Below, piece by piece: positions 18,789 through 30,900 of a stretch of DNA of 32,000 bases (its first letter is position 1; each line of letters opens with the position of its first letter). The notes beneath the pieces are model-generated. The model saw nothing but the letters and a program-made list of their open reading frames with translations. It had not been told where the DNA came from and ran no database searches. The DNA lies in the NCBI RefSeq assembly GCF_054356925.1, contig NZ_CM135959.1; one strand, 5' to 3'. Both the position numbers and the translations under genes were made by a program.

Positions 18789-20555
18789 TTATTCCGTGAC
18801 TTCCAGCGTGGTGAAGGCAAACTTCTCGCCATCAAACAGCCCCTGACTGGTTAGTTTCAGCGCGGGGATCACTGGCAGAGAAAGAAACGCCATCTGAATA
18901 AACGGCTCATCCGGTAACGGACCACATTCACGGGCGGCGGCTTTCAAGGCGTCAATTTGCTCCGCCAGCGACTGCGCCGTGTCGGTGCTCATCAGCCCGG
19001 CAATGGGTAACGGCAGATGACTTTGGACCTGGCCGTTACGTACCACGCACAGCCCGCCGCCATCCTGAATCACCTGATTGACCGCCAGCGCCATCTCTTC
19101 GGCACTGCGACCGATCACCACAATATTATGGCTGTCATGGCTGACCGTCGCAGCCAGCGCGCCTTCATTCAGACCAAAGCCGCCGAGCAAACCACAAGCC
19201 GGAGCCAGACGTTGCCCGTAACGCTCAAGGACGGCAATAAAGCACACATCATCGCGATCAAAACCATTTTCGCTGTAGACGCTGGAGCGGGAGTGCGTAA
19301 TCAATTCGTTATGGATGACGTCAATGACCCGATAGCGTTTTCCGGGCGTGAATTGCAGGGCAAAGTCGCTGGCGGAAACTGGCTGGCGGGCAATGGTATT
19401 GCCATACGGAGGAGCAGATTGTGCCAGTCTCGCCGACTCTTCCGCCTGTAAGGTTTGCGCATCAATCGGCTCGCCTTTCACCAGTACCTGCTGCACCGTG
19501 ACCTTACGCGCATCGCTCAACAGGACGATATCGGCCTGCTTGCCGGGTGCCAGTAAGCCGAGGTGATTCAGACCAAAGTGGCGCGCCGTCGACCAGCTGG
19601 CGACGCGATATGCCACATGCAGCGGCACATTGTGTTGTTCGATCAGGCGGCGAATTAAGGCATCGATATGTCCTTCATGGGCGATCTCCCACGGGTTACG
19701 GTCATCAGTACAGAGCATGCATTGCGGGCTGTTAAATTCGTTGATCAACGGTGCCAGCGCGTTGAGATTGCGGGCAGCGGACCCTTCGCGGATCATCAAC
19801 GACATGCCGAGTTGTAATTTCCGGCGTCCTTCTTCCAGCTGATAACTTTCGTGGCAGTTTTCAATACCCGCAGCAATATAGGCGTTAAGTTCTTTACCAC
19901 CCAAACCCGGGCAGTGACCGTCCAGCGTCAGGTGGCGAAATGCATCCAGTTTATCGAGCAGCGCATTCTGCCCGCTAATTACGCCAGGGTAGTCCATCAT
20001 TTCTGCAAGGCCGGTAACCTGCGGATGGTCCCGCCAGGCGAGCATCTGTTCAAGGGTAAAACTGGCACCGTTAACATCGCAGCCTTCTAGGGCGGGTACG
20101 CAAGAGCTGACCTGCAAGTATTGGTTTTGCCTTGCCTGTTCGGCACAGCGGGCAAACCAGGCGAAACCGGCTTCGCCCATCACGTTGACGATTTCATGAG
20201 GGTCGCAAATAACGGTCGTCAGGCCGCGCGGCAGGGTAGCGGTTTCAAAGGTGACCGGCGTCATCATGCTGGATTCAATATGCAGGTGAGCATCAATAAA
20301 CCCTGGCACCGCCGTTGCGCCGTGGGCATCAATCCGCTGCAAAGCCGGAGCATCAGTGTATTCTGCGCCAACACCGGCAATGTAACGCCCTTTAATCACA
20401 ATTGGGCCGGAAATTTCTCCGCCATTGATCAGGTCGAGAATAGAGACATTATCAATAATATAATCGGCAACAGCGTCGCCACGGGAAACGGCTAACAATT
20501 CCTGGTATTCAGCCCGGCTAATGTGATGAAATTTATGGTTAATAGAATTATTCAT
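18789..20555 (-). CDS. ade: Adenine deaminase
   Basis: 588-aa amidohydrolase, [13 protein letters not shown] motif. Confidence 0.95.
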   Translation of the reverse strand: MNNSINHKFHHISRAEYQELLAVSRGDAVADYIIDNVSILDLINGGEISGPIVIKGRYIAGVGAEYTDAPALQRIDAHGATAVPGFIDAHLHIESSMMTPVTFETATLPRGLTTVICDPHEIVNVMGEAGFAWFARCAEQARQNQYLQVSSCVPALEGCDVNGASFTLEQMLAWRDHPQVTGLAEMMDYPGVISGQNALLDKLDAFRHLTLDGHCPGLGGKELNAYIAAGIENCHESYQLEEGRRKLQLGMSLMIREGSAARNLNALAPLINEFNSPQCMLCTDDRNPWEIAHEGHIDALIRRLIEQHNVPLHVAYRVASWSTARHFGLNHLGLLAPGKQADIVLLSDARKVTVQQVLVKGEPIDAQTLQAEESARLAQSAPPYGNTIARQPVSASDFALQFTPGKRYRVIDVIHNELITHSRSSVYSENGFDRDDVCFIAVLERYGQRLAPACGLLGGFGLNEGALAATVSHDSHNIVVIGRSAEEMALAVNQVIQDGGGLCVVRNGQVQSHLPLPIAGLMSTDTAQSLAEQIDALKAAARECGPLPDEPFIQMAFLSLPVIPALKLTSQGLFDGEKFAFTTLEVTE

Positions 20556-20729
20556 ATTTTTCTCATTTTGATTTTATCAATTTGATTATTATTTATCATA
20601 AAGAAACGTCGCGAGATTATTAAAGAATATCCATTAATGTGCAATTGAAATGTGATAATTATCACTGAACCGTTGTTGTCATTTGTTTTACAAAAGCAAG
20701 GGATTAAATCTCCTCCAATGGACAAAAAA

Positions 20730-22064
20730 ATGAATAATGACAATACCGATTACGTGAGTAATGAATCAGGGACGCTTTCGCGATTATTTAAACTACCTCA
20801 GCATGGGACCACTGTCCGCACAGAATTGATTGCGGGGATGACCACTTTTTTAACCATGGTGTACATCGTTTTTGTGAACCCGCAAATCCTCGGCGCGGCA
20901 CAAATGGACCCGAAAGTGGTGTTTGTTACCACCTGTTTGATTGCCGGTATCGGCAGTATTGCGATGGGGATATTTGCTAACTTACCCGTGGCGCTGGCTC
21001 CGGCAATGGGGCTGAACGCCTTCTTTGCGTTCGTGGTCGTGGGGGCGATGGGTATCTCCTGGCAGACCGGGATGGGCGCGATATTCTGGGGCGCAATTGG
21101 GCTATTTTTGCTCACGCTGTTTCGTATCCGTTACTGGATGATCTCCAACATTCCATTAAGTTTACGTATTGGTATCACCAGCGGAATCGGATTATTTATT
21201 GCCTTAATGGGATTAAAAAACACTGGCGTTATTGTCGCCAATAAAGACACCCTGGTGATGATTGGCGATTTAAGTTCTCACGGCGTGTTGTTAGGTATTT
21301 TAGGGTTTTTTATTATAACCGTGTTGTCATCACGTCATTTTCATGCCGCGGTGCTGGTTTCTATTGTGGTGACGTCTTGCTGTGGCTTATTTTTCGGTGA
21401 TGTTCATTTTAGCGGTGTCTATTCCATTCCGCCTGATATTAGCGGCGTCATTGGTGAAGTAGATTTGAGCGGCGCGTTAACACTTGAACTCGCCGGTATC
21501 ATTTTCTCCTTTATGCTGATCAACCTATTTGATTCATCAGGAACATTAATTGGTGTAACTGATAAAGCTGGCTTAATAGATAGTAACGGTAAATTCCCTA
21601 ATATGAATAAGGCGCTGTATGTTGATAGCGTCAGTTCGGTGGCGGGTGCGTTTATCGGCACCTCGTCTGTTACCGCCTATATTGAAAGTACTTCTGGTGT
21701 GGCGGTCGGTGGTCGCACGGGGCTGACGGCTGTCGTGGTCGGCGTTATGTTCCTGTTAGTTATGTTCTTCTCACCGCTGGTGGCGATGGTTCCTCCTTAC
21801 GCAACCGCCGGAGCGTTAATCTTTGTTGGCGTGCTGATGACTTCGAGCCTGGCGCGCGTTAACTGGGATGATTTTACCGAATCGGTGCCCGCATTTATTA
21901 CCACGGTGATGATGCCCTTTACTTTCTCGATCACCGAAGGGATTGCACTTGGCTTTATGTCGTACTGCATCATGAAAGTGTGCACCGGGCGCTGGCGCGA
22001 TCTGAACCTGTGTGTGGTGGTGGTCGCAGCTCTGTTTTCACTGAAGATTATTCTGGTGGATTAG
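20730..22064 (+). CDS. adeQ: Adenine permease AdeQ (YicO), NCS2/AzgA family
   Basis: MNNDNTDYVSNESGTLSRLFKLPQHGTTVRTELIAGMTTFLTMVYIVFVNP; 444 aa from internal ATG. Confidence 0.93.
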   Translation: MNNDNTDYVSNESGTLSRLFKLPQHGTTVRTELIAGMTTFLTMVYIVFVNPQILGAAQMDPKVVFVTTCLIAGIGSIAMGIFANLPVALAPAMGLNAFFAFVVVGAMGISWQTGMGAIFWGAIGLFLLTLFRIRYWMISNIPLSLRIGITSGIGLFIALMGLKNTGVIVANKDTLVMIGDLSSHGVLLGILGFFIITVLSSRHFHAAVLVSIVVTSCCGLFFGDVHFSGVYSIPPDISGVIGEVDLSGALTLELAGIIFSFMLINLFDSSGTLIGVTDKAGLIDSNGKFPNMNKALYVDSVSSVAGAFIGTSSVTAYIESTSGVAVGGRTGLTAVVVGVMFLLVMFFSPLVAMVPPYATAGALIFVGVLMTSSLARVNWDDFTESVPAFITTVMMPFTFSITEGIALGFMSYCIMKVCTGRWRDLNLCVVVVAALFSLKIILVD

Positions 22065-22116
22065 TAACTGGCGAGGGTTTCCAGATATCATGAGTTCTGA
22101 TTACGCAGGAGAACTC

Positions 22117-22569
22117 ATGATCTGGATAATGCTCGCCACGCTGGCGGTAGTGTTTGTGGTTGGTTTTCGGGTGCTGACATCCGGGGCCAGAAAAGCGATT
22201 CGCCGTCTCAGCGATCGGCTGAATATCGATGTCGTACCCGTGGAGTCGATGGTCGATCAAATGGGAAAGTCAGCCGGTGACGAATTTTTACGTTATTTGC
22301 ATCGCCCGGATGAGTCGCACCTGCAAAACGCCGCGCAGGTATTGCTCATCTGGCAAATTGTCATTGTCGATGGTAGCGAACAGAACTTGCTGCAATGGCA
22401 TCGGATTTTACAAAAAGCCCGCCTTGCCGCTCCCATTACCGATGCTCAGGTCAGGCTGGCGCTGGGTTTTCTGCGCGAAACCGAACCTGAAATGCAGGAT
22501 ATTAATGCTTTTCAGATGCGCTATAACGCGTTCTTTCAGCCTGCCGAGGGCGTTCACTGGCTGCATTAA
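22117..22569 (+). CDS. yicN: YicN, uncharacterised membrane-anchored protein
   Basis: 150 aa from MIWIMLATLAVVFVVGFRVLTSG; recalled match to YicN. Confidence 0.85.
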   Translation: MIWIMLATLAVVFVVGFRVLTSGARKAIRRLSDRLNIDVVPVESMVDQMGKSAGDEFLRYLHRPDESHLQNAAQVLLIWQIVIVDGSEQNLLQWHRILQKARLAAPITDAQVRLALGFLRETEPEMQDINAFQMRYNAFFQPAEGVHWLH

Positions 22570-22577
22570 AACCGCTT

Positions 22578-22648
22578 CGTCTTATCAGCCTACAGACCGC
22601 GCCTGACCTGTAGGGTGGATAAGGCGTTCACGCCGCATCCGGTATCGG
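22578..22648. repeat. REP/BIME-like element
   Basis: cgtcttatcagcctacaga ... gtagggtggataaggcgttcacgccgcatccgg resembles paired REP units in an intergenic site. Confidence 0.6.
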
Positions 22649-22684
22649 AACTGACAGTAGGTGAACGCATTATCTACGTTCTAT

Positions 22685-23008
22685 TTACAGCAGCACCTCC
22701 AGCCCGTGTTTTTGCACAATGCTGAGCAGTTTTAATGAAATGCCATTGGGGCGTTTAGCGCCACTTTCCCATTTTTGTACAGTTGAAACGCTGGTATTGA
22801 GATAGTGAGCGAAGACGGGCTGACTCACTTTTAATTTTTCCCGCAGTGCTTTTATCTCAACAGGTTGTAAGTCTTGCACGCTGGTCAGGCAGGCTTTGTC
22901 AAAAGTACGCATCGTTTCAGCAGAAATAGCATTGACGCTGGACAATCCAGCCGCTGCGCTGTGAATAGCCTCAAATGCAGGACTTTTAAATTTAGTTTTT
23001 GCAGTCAT
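22685..23008 (-). CDS. HTH-type antitoxin/transcriptional regulator (XRE/HigA-like)
   Basis: 107 aa ending in an XRE HTH: LREKLKVSQPVFAHYLNTSVSTVQKWESGAKRPNGISLKLLSIVQKHG. Confidence 0.75.
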   Translation of the reverse strand: MTAKTKFKSPAFEAIHSAAAGLSSVNAISAETMRTFDKACLTSVQDLQPVEIKALREKLKVSQPVFAHYLNTSVSTVQKWESGAKRPNGISLKLLSIVQKHGLEVLL

Positions 23009-23351
23009 AGCAGATCTCTGTCAGTTCTTTAGTGTTAATCATTGCTGTTAGTTGGGCTTTCGTCAGGAAGGCATAATGCTTTGCAATTTCACGAAACCCA
23101 GCCAGTTCCTGACTACTGATGTTCGACATATCCTGTTTTGCATATAAAAACGTGTAAAACCAATTGCTTCCCCCTTTCGCCAGAATAATTGCACGCTCAC
23201 GATTTTGGTGAAGGCGCTTTTTAAAAACGCCACCGCCAAGTGCATCAGCTTTACCTTGTTCCGTTTCTAAAATGGCCCGGCACAACTCTTCATCTGTTAT
23301 TGCATGAGACCTGGCTTCCCTTGCAAACCATTTGGTTTTAAACACGCGCAT
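22992..23351 (-). CDS. RelE/HigB-like type II toxin candidate
   Basis: 119 aa MRVFKTKWFAREARSHAITDEELCRAILETEQGKADALGGGVFKKRL...REIAKHYAFL; overlaps the downstream HTH gene by 17 nt. Confidence 0.72.
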   Translation of the reverse strand: MRVFKTKWFAREARSHAITDEELCRAILETEQGKADALGGGVFKKRLHQNRERAIILAKGGSNWFYTFLYAKQDMSNISSQELAGFREIAKHYAFLTKAQLTAMINTKELTEICYDCKN

Positions 23352-23370
23352 ATCGTTGAGGTCCTGTTAT

Positions 23371-23399
23371 TAAAGTATATCACCAAGTGCAATACTTTA
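23371..23399. promoter_or_regulatory. Inverted repeat upstream of the toxin-antitoxin pair (candidate autoregulatory operator)
   Basis: taaagtat (23371-23378) and atacttta (23392-23399), perfect 8-bp arms, 13-nt spacer, 20 bp upstream of the toxin ATG. Confidence 0.5.
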
Positions 23400-23578
23400 T
23401 CCCTTGTTCCCAACACAATCGCGAAAATACATATCACCTTGCCCTATGATTTTTATTTCTTCGAGCAGCCTCGAACTTTTCCCACAACACCGTAAAAGTT
23501 GCAAAAACGTTAAATGCGTCACACATTTCAATGTTAAAGTGGTCGGCTTTTCCCCTGAAACATGCCACGGGTAACACC

Positions 23579-24763
23579 ATGAGTGAATTTATTGCCGAAA
23601 ACCGCGGCGCGGATGTCATCACCCGACCGAACTGGTCAGCCGTATTCTCGGTGGCGTTTTGCGTCGCCTGTCTGATTATCGTTGAGTTTTTGCCCGTCAG
23701 TTTGTTGACGCCAATGGCCCAGGATTTAGGCATTTCGGAAGGGGTTGCCGGGCAATCGGTGACCGTGACCGCCTTTGTGGCAATGTTTGCCAGTTTGTTT
23801 ATTACCCAGACAATTCAGGCCACTGACCGCCGCTACGTTGTTATTTTGTTTGCCGTTTTGCTGACGCTCTCCTGCTTGCTGGTTTCCTTTGCTAACTCAT
23901 TCAGTTTGCTTTTAATCGGTCGTGCCTGTCTGGGGCTGGCGCTGGGCGGGTTCTGGGCGATGTCGGCGTCGCTGACCATGCGTCTGGTACCGCCGCGTAC
24001 GGTGCCGAAGGCGCTGTCGGTGATCTTCGGCGCGGTTTCTATTGCGCTGGTGATTGCCGCGCCGTTGGGCAGTTTTTTAGGCGAGCTTATCGGTTGGCGC
24101 AATGTCTTTAATGCGGCGGCGGTGATGGGCGTGCTGTGTATTTTCTGGATTATCAAATCATTGCCCTCGCTGCCAGGCGAACCCTCGCATCAGAAACAAA
24201 ATACTTTCCGCTTATTACAACGTCCTGGTGTGATGGCAGGGATGCTCGCCATCTTCATGTCTTTCGCCGGGCAGTTTGCTTTCTTCACGTATATTCGCCC
24301 GGTGTATATGAACCTGGCGGGATTCAGCGTGGATGGCTTAACGCTGGTGCTGTTGAGTTTTGGTATCGCCAGCTTTATTGGTACGTCGCTTTCGTCGTTC
24401 ATTCTTAAACGTTCGGTAAAACTGGCCTTAGCAGGCGCGCCGTTAATACTGGCTGTGAGTGCGTTGGTGCTGACGTTGTGGGGAAGCGATAAAATCGTTG
24501 CTACCGGCGTGGCGATTATCTGGGGGCTAACTTTTGCATTGGTTCCTGTCGGCTGGTCAACGTGGATCACTCGCTCACTGGCCGATCAGGCAGAAAAAGC
24601 CGGGTCTATTCAGGTGGCGGTTATTCAGCTTGCTAATACCTGTGGCGCGGCAATCGGCGGTTATGCGCTGGATAATATTGGTCTGACTTCGCCGTTGATG
24701 TTGTCCGGCACATTGATGTTGCTGACGGCGTTATTGGTCACCGCAAAGGTGAAAATGAAGTAA
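23579..24763 (+). CDS. nepI: Purine ribonucleoside efflux transporter NepI (YicM)
   Basis: 394-aa MFS protein starting [31 protein letters not shown]; internal ATG at 23579. Confidence 0.93.
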   Translation: MSEFIAENRGADVITRPNWSAVFSVAFCVACLIIVEFLPVSLLTPMAQDLGISEGVAGQSVTVTAFVAMFASLFITQTIQATDRRYVVILFAVLLTLSCLLVSFANSFSLLLIGRACLGLALGGFWAMSASLTMRLVPPRTVPKALSVIFGAVSIALVIAAPLGSFLGELIGWRNVFNAAAVMGVLCIFWIIKSLPSLPGEPSHQKQNTFRLLQRPGVMAGMLAIFMSFAGQFAFFTYIRPVYMNLAGFSVDGLTLVLLSFGIASFIGTSLSSFILKRSVKLALAGAPLILAVSALVLTLWGSDKIVATGVAIIWGLTFALVPVGWSTWITRSLADQAEKAGSIQVAVIQLANTCGAAIGGYALDNIGLTSPLMLSGTLMLLTALLVTAKVKMK

Positions 24764-24965
24764 CGTATTTACAGGAGGGGTTACTGCTCTGGCAGGAAAG
24801 CTCTCCTGTTCTTCCCCCTGATAACCCTTGATCAGGTATTGTTCTTATCTTGTTGTTATTTCCATTATTCCGCCTGTATTCATCATTTGCTAATCATGAA
24901 TCATCATTTTCTCTCATGTTAAAGAAAGGTCATTTAATCTGAACGCATAGCGACAGGGATGACAA

Positions 24966-27900
24966 ATGGCAGGGAAAGCGCATGGGAATGGCGATCGTCG
25001 GGGTGATAACACCATATGTGGATTGGGGGATCGTTTACGTCGTCTGACCGCAGGTATTTGCCTAATAACACAAACTATTTTCCCTGTTATGGCTGCTGCC
25101 CCTACGCATATTAATCCTGCGCACTCGGATACTGCCGCGTCACTGATCCTGCCGAACGTTAAAACTATTCCATATACCCTGGGTGCGTTGGAATCGCCAC
25201 CAACGGTCGCGGCACGCTTTGGTATCACCGTTGATGAATTACGTCGCCTGAATCAGTTCCGTACCTTTGCGCGGGGCTTTGACAATGTGCGTCAAGGCGA
25301 TGAAATAGATGTGCCCCTCATTAACAGTAACAGCCCTGAAGCGCGCAACCTGAAAGCAATGCAGATGGAGCGCGATGGCAAAGATCCGCAAATGCAGGTC
25401 GCGGAAGTGGCGCAGCAAAGCGGAACACTTTTAGCACGCGATATGGACAGCGAACAGGCGGCGAGTATGGCGCGTGGCTGGGTGGCTTCTTCTGCATCTG
25501 CGCAGGCAACGGACTGGCTCAGTCGTTGGGGAACTGCCCGGGTATCTCTTGGTGTGGATGAAGATTTCAGCCTTAAAAGCTCGTCATTTGAATTTCTCCA
25601 TCCCTGGTACGAAACGCCGGATAACCTGGTCTTCAGCCAGCACACACTTCACCGTACGGATGATCGCACTCAAACCAACCACGGTATCGGCTGGCGTTAT
25701 TTCACATCGAGCTGGATGTCTGGCGTCAATATGTTTATCGATCATGACCTGACCCGCTATCACACCCGAACCGGGATGGGCGTTGAATACTGGCACGATT
25801 ACCTGAAACTGAGTGGCAACGGTTATCTGCGCCTCAGTAACTGGCGTAGTGCACCGGAACTCGACAATGACTATGAAGCACGTCCGGCGAACGGGTGGGA
25901 TCTTCGCGCCGAAGGCTGGTTACCGGCCTGGCCGCAGCTGGGCGGCAAGGTGGTCTATGAACAATATTATGGCGATGAAGTGGCGCTGTTTGGTAAAGAC
26001 GAGCGACAAAATGATCCTCACGCGATTACCGCAGGTTTGAGTTACACCCCCGTTCCCCTGATCTCCTTTAGTGCCGAGCAACGGCAGGGCAAACAGGGAG
26101 AAAACGACACCCGAATTGGTATGGAGTTGACGTTGCAACCCGGTCATTCACTGCAAAAACAGCTCGATCCGGCTGAAGTTGCAGCACGACGTAGCCTTGT
26201 GGGCAGTCGCTATGACCTGGTCGATCGTAATAACAATATTGTCCTCGAATATCGCAAGAAAGAGCTGGTGCGGCTGACGCTGACCGATCCGTTGAAAGGC
26301 AAGCCGGGTGAGGTTAAATCGCTGGTTTCTTCCTTACAAACCAAATATGCGCTGAAAGGTTATGACATTGAAGCAGCCTCCCTGCAATCAGCGGGCGGAA
26401 AAGTAGCTGTTTCCGGCAAGGATATTCAGGTCACTATTCCTCCCTACCGATTCACGGCAATGCCTGAAACCGACAACACTTACCCGATAGCGGTTACAGC
26501 GGAAGATTCGAAAGGAAATTTCTCCCGGCGTGAAGAAAGTATGGTGGTCGTGGAAAAACCCACATTAAGCCTCGCCGATTCAACGCTTTCTGTCGATCTG
26601 CAAATCCTGCTTGCTGATGGAAAATCAACCTCAACGCTGACCTATACCGCGCGAGATTCCAGCGGCAAGCCGATCCCCGGTATGACGTTAAAAACACAGG
26701 CAAAAGGTTTGCAGGATTTCGCCTTAAGCGAATGGAAAGACAACGGTAACGGAACCTATACCCAAATAGTTACCGCCGGGAAGACGTCTGGCGCGTTATC
26801 GCTGATGCCGCAATTTAACGGCGATGATATCGCTAAGACGCCAGCGCTGATTGCTATCGTGGCGAATACAGCATCCCGCGCTGACTCCACGATTGAGACA
26901 GACCAGGATAATTACGTCGCGGGTAAGCCGATAGTCGTTAAAGTGACCCTGAGAGATGATAACGGCAACGGGGTTACCGGACGAAAAGAACTTCTCAAAC
27001 AAACCGTTAAAGTTGACAACACGAAGGCTGATGCCGTTAGTGCCTGGACGGAAGAAAGTGAGGGAATTTACAAAGCAAGCTATACGGCCCATCTCATTGG
27101 CGACAAATTAACGGCCCAGCTGACGATGCCCGGCTGGCAAACCAAACATTCGGATGCGTTCAGTATTGCGGGTGATAAAGATACCGCCAAAATCGCTGCG
27201 ATGCAGATCACCGCGAATAACGCAGTTGCCAGACGCGATCACAATACCGTCGCTGTGACGGTCAGGGACGTGCATCAAAATTTACTGCAGGGACAAAATG
27301 TTACCTTCACGGTCGTGAATGGTGCGGCGGTTTTTGCCGATCCAAATGGCGGTATTGTGACGACAGATAAAGACGGGATTGCCAGCGTTAACCTTGCCAG
27401 TGACCAGGCGGTAAACAGTCTTATCAAGGCCGAGATCAATGGCAGTAGTCAGTCTGTGGAAGTGAGCTTTATTACTGGCGATATCTCGCAGCTGACCTCC
27501 ACCATCAAGACAGACGATGTGTCATACACCGCGGGTGGCAAGATAAAAGTGTCAGTTACCCTTATGGATGAGCAGAAAAACCTGGTGAAAGGGATGGCTT
27601 CGCTGCTGGCGGGTAGCGGTGTGGTTGAGGTGAGCGGTACAGATAAAAATGAAACGGGTAACTGGAGCGAAGAGTCTGATGGCGTTTACACCACCACCCG
27701 AACCGCGAAGATTGCTAGCGATCGCCATTACGCCACGCTGAAACTATCGACATGGAGTAGCGCGCAGCAATCCGAAGCGTATGCCATCCGCGAAAGCGGA
27801 GCTGTGCTGGCTTATTCCTCCATCGTTACCGACAAAACGACCTACACCGCGGGCGGTGCGATAAAAGTTACGGTAACACTCAAGGATAGCTATGAAAACC

Positions 27901-30900
27901 TGGTCGGGGGGCAACGAGACGCTGTCAACCAGGCTATTCAGCTGCCAAATACAAAAGCGGAAAGCATCGCCTGGAATGAAGATCAAAAAGGAATTTATAC
28001 CGCAACGTATACCGCATTACTCCCTGGCACCGGTTTAAAAGCACAGCTACAGATGTCCGGCTGGGCGAGCGCTTTGACTTCAAATGATTACAGTATTAGT
28101 GGCGATGCCGCCAGCGCACAAATTGTCGCGATGCAAGTGACAACGGGTAACCCGGATGTGCTGGCGAATGGCAGCGATCGACATACAGTGAATGTCCGGG
28201 TGGAAGATCAGTTTGGCAATGTGCTGCCGGAGCAGACCGTCACCTTTACGGTGACGAAGGGGGCGGCTGTATTTGCCAATGCAGGGCAGAGCGCAGATAT
28301 CAGGACGGATGCGCATGGTATGGCAGAGGTTGATCTGAGCAGTACCGTAGCGGATGCCAGCACTGTTGAGGCTAAGGTCAATCAAAGCAGCGATAGTAAA
28401 ACGGTGAACTTTGTTGCTGATGTTAGCACGGCGCAGGTCGCGGAGCTGGTGGTGACGCAGGACGGCTCAGTGGCTGATGGTTCGACGGCGAACATGCTGC
28501 GGGTGAGGGTGACCGATGTGTTCGGGAATGTACTTGCCGGCCAGACGGTTAGCGTGACGGCGGACAACAGCGCAACGGTTGCTCCGACGGTCATCACAGG
28601 GCCGGACGGCACGGTGGAGATCTCAGTCACCAGCCAGACCGCCGGAACCAGTGCGATCACCGCCAGTATCAACAACAGCAGCCTGAGCCGGAACGTGACG
28701 TTTGTCGCCGATGTCAGGACGGCGAAGATAGCGGACCTGGTGGTTATTAAGGACGGCTCAGTGGCAGACGGCGCGACGGCGAATACGCTGCAGGTGAAGG
28801 TTACCGATGCTAACGGTAATACGCTTGCCGGGCAGACGGTCAGCGTGACGGCAGACAACAGTGCAATGGTCGCTCTGACGGTGATTACAGAGCCGGACGG
28901 CACAGTGGAGATCAGTGTCACCAGTCAGACGGCAGGCACCAGTACAGTCACTGCCAGCATCAACAGCAGCAGCCTGAGCCGGAACGTGACGTTTGTCGCC
29001 GATGTCAGCACGGCAAAAATAGCGGATCTGGTCGTTATCCAGGATAACTCAGTGGCTGACGGCGCAATGGCGAACACGCTGCGGATGAGGGTCACGGATG
29101 CATTCGGTAATACGCTTGGCGGACAGACGGTCAGCGTGACGGCAGACAACAGTGCAATGGTCGCTTCGACTGTCATCACAGGGCCGGACGGTACGGTGGA
29201 GATCAGTGTCACCAGCCAGACGGCGGGGATCAGTACTGTCACTGCATCCATCAACAACAGCAGCCTGAGCCGGGACGTGACGTTTGTTGCCGATGTCAGG
29301 ACGGCGCAGATCGCTGATCTGGTGGTCATTAAGGATGGTTCAGAGGCGGACGGTTCGACGGCGAACACGCTGCGGGCGAGGGTGACCGATGCGTTCGGGA
29401 ATGCACTTGCCGGGCAGACGGTCAGCGTGTTGGCGGACAACGGCGCAACGACAGCCCCGACGGTCATCACAGAGCCGGACGGCACGGTGGAGATCAGTGT
29501 CACCAGTCAGACGGCGGGAGTCAGTACTGTCACTGCCAGCATCAACAGCAGCAGCCTGAGCCGGAACGTGACGTTTGTCGCGGATGTCAGGACGGCGCAG
29601 ATCGCGGTGCTGGAAGTGACGCAGGATTACTCCGTGGCAGATGGTTCGACGGCGAACACGCTGCGGGCGAGGGTGACCGATGCGTTCGGTAATACGCTTG
29701 CCGGGCAGACGGTCAGCGTGACGGCAGGCAACGGCGCAACGGTCGCTCCGACTGCCATCACAGGGCCGGACGGTACGGTGGAGATCAGTGTCACCAGTCA
29801 GACGGCGGGGATCAGTACAGTCACCGCAACCATCAACAGCAGCAGTCAGAGCCGGGATGTGACATTTATCGCCGATGCCAGCACGGCGCAGATCGCGGAC
29901 CTGGTGGTCATTAAGGATGGTTCAGAGGCGGACGGTTCGACGGAGAACACGCTGCGGGTGAGGGTCACGGATGCATTCGGTAATACGCTTGGCGGACAGA
30001 CGGTCAGCGTGTTGGCGGACAACGGCGCAACGACTGCCCCGATGGTCATCACAGAGCCGGACGGCACGGTGGAAATCAGTGTCACCAGTCAGACGGCAGG
30101 CACCAGTACAGTCACTGCCAGCATCAACAGCAGCAGCCTGAGCCGGAACGTGACGTTTGTCGCCGATGTCAGGACGGCGCAGATCGCGGATCTGGTGGTC
30201 ATTAAGGATGGTTCAGAGGCGGACGGTTCGACGGAGAACACGCTGCGGGCGAGGGTGACCGATGCATTCGGTAATGCGCTTGCCGGGCAGACGGTCAGCG
30301 TGTTGGCGGACAACGGCGCAACGGTCGCCCCGACGGTCACCACGCAGCCGGACGGTACGGTGGAGATCTCTGTTACCAGCCAGACGGCGGGAGTCAGTGC
30401 GGTCACCGCCAGCATCAACAACAGCAGCCTGAGCCAGAGCGTGAAGTTTATTGCCGATGTCAGCACGGCGCAGATCGCGATGCTGGAAGTGACGCAGGAT
30501 AACGCGGTGGCAGACGGTTCGACGGCGAATACGCTGCAGGTGAAGGTCACCGATGCTAACGGTAATACGCTTGCCGGACAGGCGGTCAGCGTGTTGGCAG
30601 GCAACAGTGCAACGGTCGCTTCGACGGTGACCACAAAGCCGGACGGCACGGTGGAGATCAGTGTCACCAGCCAGACGGCGGGCACCAGTACAGTCACCGC
30701 CAGCATCAACAACAGCAGCCAGAGCCAGAACGTCACCTTTGTACCTGGTGATGCATCGCAGCTCACTTCAACCGTTGAAACAAATAAGTCGAACTATACG
30801 GTTGGAGAGACAATCACCATCACGGTAACGCTCCGGGATGCGTTCGATAATCTGGTAACCGGTGCAGCTTCACAGTTAGCCGCTAATGGTGTGCTTACGG

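Noticed and set aside
19017-20495. Plus-strand ORFs (144, 72, 79 and 124 aa) opposite ade
   Set aside because: Shadow ORFs of the adenine deaminase gene.
28080-30766. Chain of long minus-strand ORFs (101, 179, 192, 79 and 225 aa) opposite the repeat array
   Set aside because: They are the antisense shadow of the 291-bp in-frame repeats: their own protein repeats (LVTLISTVPSG, SATEPSL, LLLLMLAVTVLVPAVWLV) mirror the forward units, and the forward frame gives a coherent adhesin.
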